Virus record (IMG/VR): IMGVR_UViG_3300011114_000356
Coordinates: 2,275 to 66,274 of that record
Reading direction: 5' to 3' (one strand)
DNA length: 64,000 nucleotides
Source of the DNA: a virus
Under the pieces are notes generated by a model. It saw only the letters and a program-made list of their open reading frames with translations. It was not told the DNA's origin and made no database searches. Shown one piece after another: positions 57,078 to 64,000 of the stretch. The translations under genes were made by a program, and so were the position numbers. Position 1 is the first letter of the stretch; each line of letters starts with the position of its first letter.

Positions 57078-57994
57078 GAATTAACCCTAAGTTTAGTCTG
57101 GCCATCACGGTATGCATCACCTCTTTCAAGGCCGTCACCAAGACGTTTAAGCTGTTGCATAGCTTCTTGATACTTTTCTTCATAATTTTTAATAACATCT
57201 GGTTCTTGTTTTTGGAAGATCATAGCTTCACGCATAGAACCATAGAATAATACTGGATCGTAATTATCGCCCAACCAGCTAGTTCCTGTAGAGTTAGATA
57301 CCGCATTTACAGTAGCAGTAAAACCAGAACCAGCACCACCTAGACTTGCTGTAGCGGCACTTAATATGTTGCCTACTACATAGAACTGACCGCCTTCATT
57401 TAAAGTCACTGAGCTTACTGCACCAGAAGAGTTTACTACGATAGTAGCGGTAGCTCCAGATCCAGAACCTCCAGTTAATGATACATTTTCATATATACCA
57501 GGAACATATAATGATCCTACTGTAGTTACAGATATAAGTGATATTTGACCTTGCACAATAGTAGGTGGATAGTAAAAATAATGCAATTCAGCATTATAAC
57601 TAGCATTAGGTGTAGGGCCTAGTATAAGTGATAGCTCATTGGTTGCGCTATATTGAGATCCAAATAATGCATAATGTGTTGGCGCTCCTGTATCTGCAGG
57701 GCTTGGAAATGCTTGACGGATATAGTTGACATCTTTATTCAACAAATATTCATATGTGCCATCTGCATTAATAATAGCTAAAGAATATGTAGATAACCAG
57801 TCGTTTGGAAGTGATAAATATTTATTTCCAGATGTAAGAGTACCAGTCACGTTTTTACGTAACGCTGGTATCTGAACTGAATTATAAATACGCTCTTCAG
57901 CTTCTTGAACAAAACGAGGTATATTAGCTACGAACAGTTGTTCAGTAGTTTCAGCATAATCTTGTATTGATTGATACAGTTGAACGTAGTTCAT
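57074..57994 (-). CDS. head-tail adaptor protein
   Basis: IPRFVQEAEERI..WL...YDPVLFYGSM.EA; internal inserted G-rich domain. Confidence 0.7.
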   Translation of the reverse strand: MNYVQLYQSIQDYAETTEQLFVANIPRFVQEAEERIYNSVQIPALRKNVTGTLTSGNKYLSLPNDWLSTYSLAIINADGTYEYLLNKDVNYIRQAFPSPADTGAPTHYALFGSQYSATNELSLILGPTPNASYNAELHYFYYPPTIVQGQISLISVTTVGSLYVPGIYENVSLTGGSGSGATATIVVNSSGAVSSVTLNEGGQFYVVGNILSAATASLGGAGSGFTATVNAVSNSTGTSWLGDNYDPVLFYGSMREAMIFQKQEPDVIKNYEEKYQEAMQQLKRLGDGLERGDAYRDGQTKLRVNS

Positions 57995-57996
57995 TA

Positions 57997-58329
57997 TTAG
58001 CCTTGTTTGCCGCTAATCTTACGACCTTTAGTAGCTGCACCATAACCACGCATTTCTTTAACACCGTATGGGTTAACTTCTGCATAATTACCTTTGCTTA
58101 CACCGCCAACAGACATATTCTTTTTGTCTATTCCGTTGCCAGGTAAAACAATAGATTCATGCATTGTGCCATTTGGGTTAGGCATAGGTTGTTTATAAAC
58201 ACCAATGTCATTACCACCACCAGATGGATATTTAAATCCAGTATATGCACTAGCGTCTTTATTCTCTTTAGCGTGACCTAAAGGATAAGCTTCTGCTGGT
58301 GACACTGGAACTTTGCGTTCTTTAGTCAT
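57997..58329 (-). CDS. small virion-module protein
   Basis: Ends MRGYGAATKGRK. Confidence 0.65.
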   Translation of the reverse strand: MTKERKVPVSPAEAYPLGHAKENKDASAYTGFKYPSGGGNDIGVYKQPMPNPNGTMHESIVLPGNGIDKKNMSVGGVSKGNYAEVNPYGVKEMRGYGAATKGRKISGKQG

Positions 58330-58331
58330 GA

Positions 58332-58526
58332 TTATTTACCTTTTTTTTGATTCATTGCTCTTGCTAAATTGCGTCCAAGTTTCTTCATAGATAATGAAGT
58401 TACTGTAGAAGCGCCCTTAGAACCTTTACCAGATTGAATTGCAACAGTAGGTCCTGAATCACCTAGATTTTTGCCTTTAGTTTTACCTTTTTTGGTAATA
58501 CCATCAGCTGCTGATTTGTATGCCAT
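58332..58526 (-). CDS. small basic protein
   Basis: ADGITKKGKTKG; MKKLGRNLAR. Confidence 0.7.
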   Translation of the reverse strand: MAYKSAADGITKKGKTKGKNLGDSGPTVAIQSGKGSKGASTVTSLSMKKLGRNLARAMNQKKGK

Positions 58527-58540
58527 TTTGTTTCTCCTAA

Positions 58541-58969
58541 TTAAGTTGTGACAATTGTTACATCGCCTATTATAACATTACTTATAAGGTGGTTAGGCGT
58601 TAATAAAGTATCAAATGAACTTGCTCCACCTACTGGATTCCAACCCCATTCAATCTGACGACTACCATCTTGTGGGTAACCATTGTCTTGAATATTGTAA
58701 GAATTGTTTTGTCCAGTTTGTAAACCTGTATTACCAGATACTTGATAAGATACATCTGGTCTTGGTTCACGTACCGCTTGTGGATCATTCACAGGATACA
58801 TACCTAATAATAACTGTGGTTGATCTGGTTCCCAGCACTCTGGGCAAACCTTAACACTAATTTGTTTGGTTTTAAGTATAAGCTTTCTTAATTCTTTGAG
58901 CTTATATCTTTGGCCACAACGGTCACATTCGGCAATTGAATTTTTACCACTTGAATACTTGGTAGCCAT
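58541..58969 (-). CDS. zinc-finger virion-module protein
   Basis: CDRCG..CPECWEPDQPQ..DPQAVREPRPD. Confidence 0.7.
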   Translation of the reverse strand: MATKYSSGKNSIAECDRCGQRYKLKELRKLILKTKQISVKVCPECWEPDQPQLLLGMYPVNDPQAVREPRPDVSYQVSGNTGLQTGQNNSYNIQDNGYPQDGSRQIEWGWNPVGGASSFDTLLTPNHLISNVIIGDVTIVTT

Positions 58970-58971
58970 GA

Positions 58972-59919
58972 TTACCTTATATAAGACATATTTCTAGGCA
59001 CAAATCTAATTGGTGCCTTTTCTCTGTCCTCTTGAGATGCTAGATCCCATTGTTTTTCATAATCTGATTGTAAAAATGCTACTCTATTTGGATCTACTGC
59101 TGGTGACTTAACAGCTAAATAATAAGCTAATCCAGCTACCATACATGGTAAGAATCTAAATGGAATATCATTAATACTTGTACCAGTGCCAGCATCTTGG
59201 ACTCTACGCATTCTCCAGTATACAAATGTATATTGATCACCAGGAGAGTTAGGTGTAGGCCATACATTAATAGTTGGCAAGTTAAGCACTGTAATATAAT
59301 TACGTGGGCTTGTAGTAGCTATATGAAATACTGCAGTTGTATTGTTTTGACCACGAGCACAATTTAATAATTGATTAGTAGTGCTATCTACATTCGGATA
59401 GTAGATAATTTCATTGTCAATCTGAATAAATCCAGCAGATGCAATAGTTGATACATCACTTAGTGTAATTGTTGTGTCTGTTGCACTGATAGATGCAGCT
59501 AAATATACAGTAGTTAAGTTAGACATACCAGTTTGTCTATTAATCCATACTTGAATTGGACGACCAGTAGCTAACTTGTTAGGAATAGTTGAATATGTAT
59601 CTTCTGAGATACGATTAATATTAATGTCTTGTTGGTTAGGACCGCCATTACCTGTTCTTGTTACCATGCTTAATAGATCAATGGTATCTACTGGAAGAGC
59701 ATAAGTAATCTGTCCTGTAGACATAGGTATTTGACCTTCTTCAATCGTCCAAAGGTTAATACCACGATTAGCCCATTCAATCGTTAATAGATTGAGGCTT
59801 CGTCTAGCGGTTCTAAAATCATAACCAGTTCTTAACTCTAAACCACAACGCTCAAATGCCTCTTCAATGAGGTCATTCATGTTTAGGTTAAATAATGTGG
59901 TTCCTGTAGTTGATGCCAT
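58972..59919 (-). CDS. head-tail connector (tubular A-like)
   Basis: IEEAFERCG..RRSLNLL..WANRG.NLW..PFRFLPCMVAGLAYYL. Confidence 0.7.
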   Translation of the reverse strand: MASTTGTTLFNLNMNDLIEEAFERCGLELRTGYDFRTARRSLNLLTIEWANRGINLWTIEEGQIPMSTGQITYALPVDTIDLLSMVTRTGNGGPNQQDININRISEDTYSTIPNKLATGRPIQVWINRQTGMSNLTTVYLAASISATDTTITLSDVSTIASAGFIQIDNEIIYYPNVDSTTNQLLNCARGQNNTTAVFHIATTSPRNYITVLNLPTINVWPTPNSPGDQYTFVYWRMRRVQDAGTGTSINDIPFRFLPCMVAGLAYYLAVKSPAVDPNRVAFLQSDYEKQWDLASQEDREKAPIRFVPRNMSYIR

Positions 59920-59977
59920 AAGTTACCTTTTTGCTTTTAACGCAAATATTTAACTAAATTTGCGCTATTTGCAATTG

Positions 59978-60226
59978 TTATTTTTTAGCTGTTTTAGCAG
60001 CTCGTTTAAATTGTGCTGCAGTAGGTGCGCCTTTGGCTCCAACCTTACGCATCTTCTCACCAGAACCAGCAGCAATACGTGCTCTCTTAGCGTGAATGTT
60101 AGCGTATAGACCTACTTTGCCACCTTTAGCGTATTGAGTAAAGTCCGTATCATCTCTACGAGCTTTCTTTTTACCCTTAGGCATTTTAGATGGAGCAATA
60201 TCACCCATACCACGAGAAGCTCTCAT
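59978..60226 (-). CDS. small basic xxGG protein
   Basis: YAKGG; GLYANIHAKR. Confidence 0.7.
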   Translation of the reverse strand: MRASRGMGDIAPSKMPKGKKKARRDDTDFTQYAKGGKVGLYANIHAKRARIAAGSGEKMRKVGAKGAPTAAQFKRAAKTAKK

Positions 60227-60510
60227 TAGATTATTCTTCCTTTAGTTTTACCACGTTGAGCACATCCATCAGCTCTTGATGAGGCTGATTTAATAGATCC
60301 ACCTTTGGCTTTTTTAACTGTTTTTTTAGATGCTTCTTCTTTTGCTACCTGTTGGTTTGTTTTCCAATCAGGTAAAGAATTGTATCTATCTACCATTTTT
60401 TTAACGCTGCCTTTAATTGTATCAACTAAAGGAGATATAGTAGGGCCTGTACCAAGACCTTCTTCTTTTCCAGTTAACGGCTCTACAGCTTTAACGTAGT
60501 TTTCAGCCAT
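60226..60510 (-). CDS. small basic xxGG protein
   Basis: KAKGG..RADGCAQRGKTKG. Confidence 0.7.
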   Translation of the reverse strand: MAENYVKAVEPLTGKEEGLGTGPTISPLVDTIKGSVKKMVDRYNSLPDWKTNQQVAKEEASKKTVKKAKGGSIKSASSRADGCAQRGKTKGRII

Positions 60511-60512
60511 AA

Positions 60513-61058
60513 TTAAACCATTCTGCCTTTTGTTTTACCACGAATAGCACAACCGTCAGCACGTTTTGAAGCTGAAGATACTTTGCCACCAGATGCCATT
60601 TTACCACCACCACAAGCTTTTTTAACTTTACCGCCTTTTTTGTATGATCCAAAACCCATAGAGCGTCTTGCTTTTTCTTGCATATCAATATCAGCAATAT
60701 CTTTAGCAGCTTTGTTAATCTTACCCATATCTGGTCCGATAACATCTGGATTATCACGATCTACTGAACCGTAATCACCTTCAACAGTAATTTCTTTTTT
60801 AGTAACTTTTTTAGGGCTATTAAATTTAGGACCAATTTTTTCATCACTAAAGTCAACACGTGAAGCTACTTTTGGTTGTAAATTATCAATACTTGATTGT
60901 GAAAGTGTATTCTTTGTAAATTTAGAAGGAAATGTTTCGCCTGTTGCACGTCTATTTTGTCTCATTTCCTCTAATGTTTTACCAAATATTCTTAATTTGC
61001 CATCATCACTATCATTATCTAGTGTAGGCTTATTATCAACATATCTTACTTTTGCCAT
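60513..61058 (-). CDS. basic xxGG protein
   Basis: YKKGG, MASGG..RADGCAIRGKTKG. Confidence 0.7.
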   Translation of the reverse strand: MAKVRYVDNKPTLDNDSDDGKLRIFGKTLEEMRQNRRATGETFPSKFTKNTLSQSSIDNLQPKVASRVDFSDEKIGPKFNSPKKVTKKEITVEGDYGSVDRDNPDVIGPDMGKINKAAKDIADIDMQEKARRSMGFGSYKKGGKVKKACGGGKMASGGKVSSASKRADGCAIRGKTKGRMV

Positions 61059-61069
61059 TTTGTTACTCC

Positions 61070-61492
61070 TTAAATAATTTTACCTTTGGTTTTGCCTTTG
61101 ATAGCAATACCATTAGCTTTTGATAATTGAGATGTTTTACCACCAGCAGCGTAGCATTTACCACCACGTTTCATGCCATGTTCTTTCATTTCTTCTGCTT
61201 TAGTTTCTTTTTTTTCATGTCTCATCATAGCGGCTTTAGATGCATATTTTTCACCTGTGCCTTTTTCTGTGATGCCACCTTTTTTCATACCATGCATAGA
61301 TTTTTCGTGACCTTTAACTTCTTTTTTAGCAATCATCTTTGCATCTGATTTTGTTGCACAGCCACCTTTTTTCATTGTTGGCATACTTGCTGGCATAGTA
61401 GGTGCTACAGACTTCATTGGGTTAACTGCTAATGCTGGGCGTTTTTTAGCACGTCCTAACATCATAGCCATTCTTGGGTTTGTTGATTTCAT
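61070..61492 (-). CDS. basic xxGG protein
   Basis: MKKGG x2, MKRGG, YAAGG..ANGIAIKGKTKG. Confidence 0.7.
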   Translation of the reverse strand: MKSTNPRMAMMLGRAKKRPALAVNPMKSVAPTMPASMPTMKKGGCATKSDAKMIAKKEVKGHEKSMHGMKKGGITEKGTGEKYASKAAMMRHEKKETKAEEMKEHGMKRGGKCYAAGGKTSQLSKANGIAIKGKTKGKII

Positions 61493-61501
61493 ATTAGTTC
61501 C

Positions 61502-61888
61502 TTAGTTACATTTCCATCGTTTAAGAGAAGCTGCCTTACGAGTAGGACGACCTTTTTCATCTTTCATAGGACCAGGCATACCAGACATACGAGCACAAAA
61601 AGATCTTTTACGAGGTCCACCTTGTGGTTGTGGAGCTTTTAAATTTGATCCTGTAGCAGCGTTATATTTAGCACGACCTTTAGCTGTTAAGCCAGCACCT
61701 TTAGATACTGGTAACTTTTCACCACGTCCTACAGCTAATGAAACACCGCCCTTTTTAAACTTTTTGCCTTTGTCAGCTTCCATAAAATCTTTACCTACAG
61801 ATTGATGAATGCCAACTTTTTTAGCAAATTTTTTATTATGAGCTACTGCTGTCATAAGTTTGTGTTGAGCTTTAGATTTGCTTGGCAT
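61502..61888 (-). CDS. basic xxGG protein
   Basis: FKKGG; RKRSFCARM..SLKRWKC. Confidence 0.7.
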   Translation of the reverse strand: MPSKSKAQHKLMTAVAHNKKFAKKVGIHQSVGKDFMEADKGKKFKKGGVSLAVGRGEKLPVSKGAGLTAKGRAKYNAATGSNLKAPQPQGGPRKRSFCARMSGMPGPMKDEKGRPTRKAASLKRWKCN

Positions 61889-62109
61889 TATTTACCTAAC
61901 CAGTGCGTTACCATCCAGCTTATAATACCTGAAATAATAGTGGCAAGAGCAATAAAAACTTTCCAACCACCTTTAATTTCTTCTAATGTTTTCTCAATAC
62001 CTTCTAGACGTTTTTTTAATTGCTCCATATCTTCCATAATACTATCCACGTCTGATTGTATATGTTTAATTTCTACACCGTGTTCTATAACTTCACGTTC
62101 TGCGCTCAT
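61888..62109 (-). CDS. coiled-coil protein with C-terminal TM
   Basis: Heptads then GGWKVFIALATIISGII. Confidence 0.65.
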   Translation of the reverse strand: MSAEREVIEHGVEIKHIQSDVDSIMEDMEQLKKRLEGIEKTLEEIKGGWKVFIALATIISGIISWMVTHWLGK

Positions 62110-62112
62110 ATA

Positions 62113-62403
62113 TTATCCGTAAAATACTGTTACTGTCATGCTAGCTGGTGTTGTTGCATAAATGCCGTTATCGCATCTAATTCCTTCACCAGGAATAACG
62201 ATATTAGATACTCCACCTGCGTTTGCAGGGACTACAACTGAAAATGCTACAGAACCGCCAGAACCATCTCTTAAAGTTAAAGTGCCGCCAGCTGTAGGTA
62301 CACCAATAACCATACCTTTAATACGAGCAGGGCCAGCAAATACAGCAGAATTAGTCTGAGCAGCGGCTATAGCCGTAGATTTTACATCATATTGCATTGC
62401 CAT
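62113..62403 (-). CDS. virion structural protein
   Basis: GPARIKG..IPGEGIRC..GIY; RBS AAGGAG. Confidence 0.65.
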   Translation of the reverse strand: MAMQYDVKSTAIAAAQTNSAVFAGPARIKGMVIGVPTAGGTLTLRDGSGGSVAFSVVVPANAGGVSNIVIPGEGIRCDNGIYATTPASMTVTVFYG

Positions 62404-62428
62404 AATTAATCTCCTTAAGTTATAAACA

Positions 62429-62448
62429 AAGGGGAGAAAACTCCCCTT
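62429..62448 (-). terminator. probable intrinsic terminator
   Basis: AAGGGGAG/CTCCCCTT stem followed by T-rich run on the minus strand. Confidence 0.65.
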
Positions 62449-62455
62449 AGATTAA

Positions 62456-62935
62456 TTATTGTGTATCGTATGATGATCTGTCATCAGATTGAATGTAAGT
62501 GATTGTAACAACTAATGATCCAGCTGTTACGCCTGCACCTGCAACTGCTGTTACTGCAATAGCTGAAGAAGCTTGTTGGCTGTTAGCTGCTGCTACATCA
62601 ATTGGAGTTGATAACATTGATGTTAATTGTGCAGCTGTAAATGTTGGAGTTGCACGACCACCAGATGTTACTGTTGTTGATGAAGCATATTGTGTACCTG
62701 AAGCAACATTACCAACTGTTACAGCACCTGTACCACCTGTGAATGCTGATGTAGTATCAAAAGTAATGCTTAAGATTTTACTAGCAGCTGGAATATAGAA
62801 TGTATTTGTTGTTGTGCCAGCAGCTGTAAATGCAAATGCTGTAGCTTGTGTTAATACTGTTGTTCCAACGTTTTTAGTTGGTGAATATCTATTGGTACCT
62901 GATTTTACTGGACCTGAAAATGTAGATCTTGACAT
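62456..62935 (-). CDS. capsid decoration-like protein
   Basis: MSRSTFSGPVKSG..IPAASKI; follows MCP. Confidence 0.6.
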   Translation of the reverse strand: MSRSTFSGPVKSGTNRYSPTKNVGTTVLTQATAFAFTAAGTTTNTFYIPAASKILSITFDTTSAFTGGTGAVTVGNVASGTQYASSTTVTSGGRATPTFTAAQLTSMLSTPIDVAAANSQQASSAIAVTAVAGAGVTAGSLVVTITYIQSDDRSSYDTQ

Positions 62936-63065
62936 GATTTTTCCTTCATAAAAAGTTAGGCTTATTAGTCTTTTATGCGTCTGCCAGGACAGTCTAATAA
63001 ACCAGGATGTGCCTGGATATGTTTATTTTACAATACTTTTAGCTGGAAACGCTAGTATTTTAGCA

Positions 63066-63097
63066 AATAAAAAAGGCCTTCCGAAGAAGACCTTTTC
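63066..63097 (-). terminator. intrinsic terminator after MCP
   Basis: AAAAGGTCTTC-TTCG-GAAGGCCTTTTTT. Confidence 0.85.
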
Positions 63098-63114
63098 TAC
63101 CATCAAATGCTTAA

Positions 63115-63999
63115 TTAAGCACCTGGTGAACCAAACATACCTAACGGATCTGACCAACCGAAAGAGTAACGTTCACGTGATTTATAACGTACATTACCTG
63201 TGTCAAAGTCACCGTCCATTGAGTTGCTTAATGGAGTACGAACAAAGTGTTTCATACCATTAGGAACATCAGTCGTTAAGTACCAACCGTTGGTATCTGT
63301 CAAGAAGTGGTTAATTGTATAACCTTCTGGGATAGAACCATTGTTCTTAATAGCATTGATATCATTGTCAGCTGTACCAACACGTAACTCAGTTTCTAAC
63401 AAGCGAGTTGCAACGAATTGCAATGCTGGTGGAACGATAAGTTTTTTAGGTTTAGCTGCAATTAATAGACCACGCTCATCAGTCCAAGCTGCGATTTGAA
63501 TAACTGCATTTTCCAATGAAGTTTCGTTCAAGTCAGCTGCTGTAGCTGGAGTGTTGCTATTTGTACCGCCTGAAACAAGTGGATGGTCAGTAGCAAATAA
63601 AGATTTGCCGTCACCACCAGCGTATGAAGCACTGAAGCCGTTATTAATAACTGCAGCAGCCTTAACTTGTTTTGTGTAAGCCATAGCTCTTGCTAAAGCT
63701 TTTGTGTAACGAGCTGATAAAGAATCATATAAGTTATCTTCAATAGCTTCTTCAGTTAAGCTGAAGCCAAGAGCGATAGTTTCATGATTGTATCGAGCTG
63801 TCCATGCTTCTTGAGCATTGTCATAAGCGATGGCTGTGCCTTCGTTTTTAACTGGTGCTGCTGAGAAGCCTGAAAGTTTTGTTTCTTCTTCGAATGAACG
63901 CTCTGAAGTCTCTGTTTCGTAGATTTCTTTGTGTTCTTCGCCATATCTTGCGTATTCTAAACCGAATAGCGCATTAAGACCTGGTAATAGCTCTTTTAG
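63115..63999 (-). CDS. major capsid protein (5' end beyond window)
   Basis: Frame open to window edge: LKELLPGLNALFGLEY..EAIEDNLY..RERYSFGWSDP; followed by strong terminator. Confidence 0.88.
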   Translation of the reverse strand, partial: LKELLPGLNALFGLEYARYGEEHKEIYETETSERSFEEETKLSGFSAAPVKNEGTAIAYDNAQEAWTARYNHETIALGFSLTEEAIEDNLYDSLSARYTKALARAMAYTKQVKAAAVINNGFSASYAGGDGKSLFATDHPLVSGGTNSNTPATAADLNETSLENAVIQIAAWTDERGLLIAAKPKKLIVPPALQFVATRLLETELRVGTADNDINAIKNNGSIPEGYTINHFLTDTNGWYLTTDVPNGMKHFVRTPLSNSMDGDFDTGNVRYKSRERYSFGWSDPLGMFGSPGA

Positions 64000-64000
64000 G

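Noticed and set aside
612-63263. Numerous antisense or out-of-frame ORFs in the track (e.g. 612-809, 4062-4487, 47847-48314, 48573-48950)
   Set aside because: Shadows of long, motif-bearing genes; no RBS or recognisable motifs
63756-63944. 62-aa ORF upstream of the 189-aa capsid fragment
   Set aside because: Out-of-frame shadow; the MCP frame is continuous from 63999 to 63115
1-64000. Stop-codon reassignment or introns/inteins in core genes
   Set aside because: Standard code gives dense, full-length terL, portal, helicase and MCP; TAA, TAG and TGA all end genes at coupled junctions

Overview
About 64 kb of an AT-rich tailed dsDNA phage genome, probably podovirus-like and lytic (no integrase, tRNA or CRISPR seen). 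Layout: head-packaging genes on the minus strand (GroES-like co-chaperonin, portal, TerL, TerS; 1-6.4 kb). A divergent plus-strand cluster of small, mostly acidic early genes follows (6.7-12.3 kb). Next are minus-strand replication/recombination genes (primase, SF2 helicase, ERF, Cas4-like nuclease; 12.4-24.9 kb), interrupted by a non-coding regulatory hub and a plus-strand pqqA + 2OG-Fe(II) oxygenase islet (16.5-18.1 kb). After RusA comes a long minus-strand virion module: ejection proteins including a 1868-aa polyvalent protein, nozzle, lysis genes, a modular tail-adhesin array with two homing endonucleases, adaptors, small basic xxGG proteins and the major capsid protein, which is truncated at the window end. 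The 23-aa PqqA peptide (missing from the ORF track) points to a Methylophilaceae host. Most notable: (1) a promoter- and terminator-bounded ~115-nt sRNA whose three loops are anti-Shine-Dalgarno sequences complementary to the phage's own early/middle RBSs; (2) phage-encoded pqqA next to an oxygenase; (3) a covarying two-hairpin element repeated between early genes; (4) a ~300-nt structured leader before the replication genes; (5) a repeated TATTATGTAAAAT motif around terS and a 12.5-kb GTAC-free zone; (6) a [MYF]xxGG motif shared by virion cargo-like proteins; (7) a duplicated hub-plus-three-arms tail adhesin architecture. All assignments come from motif recognition by eye; no searches were run.
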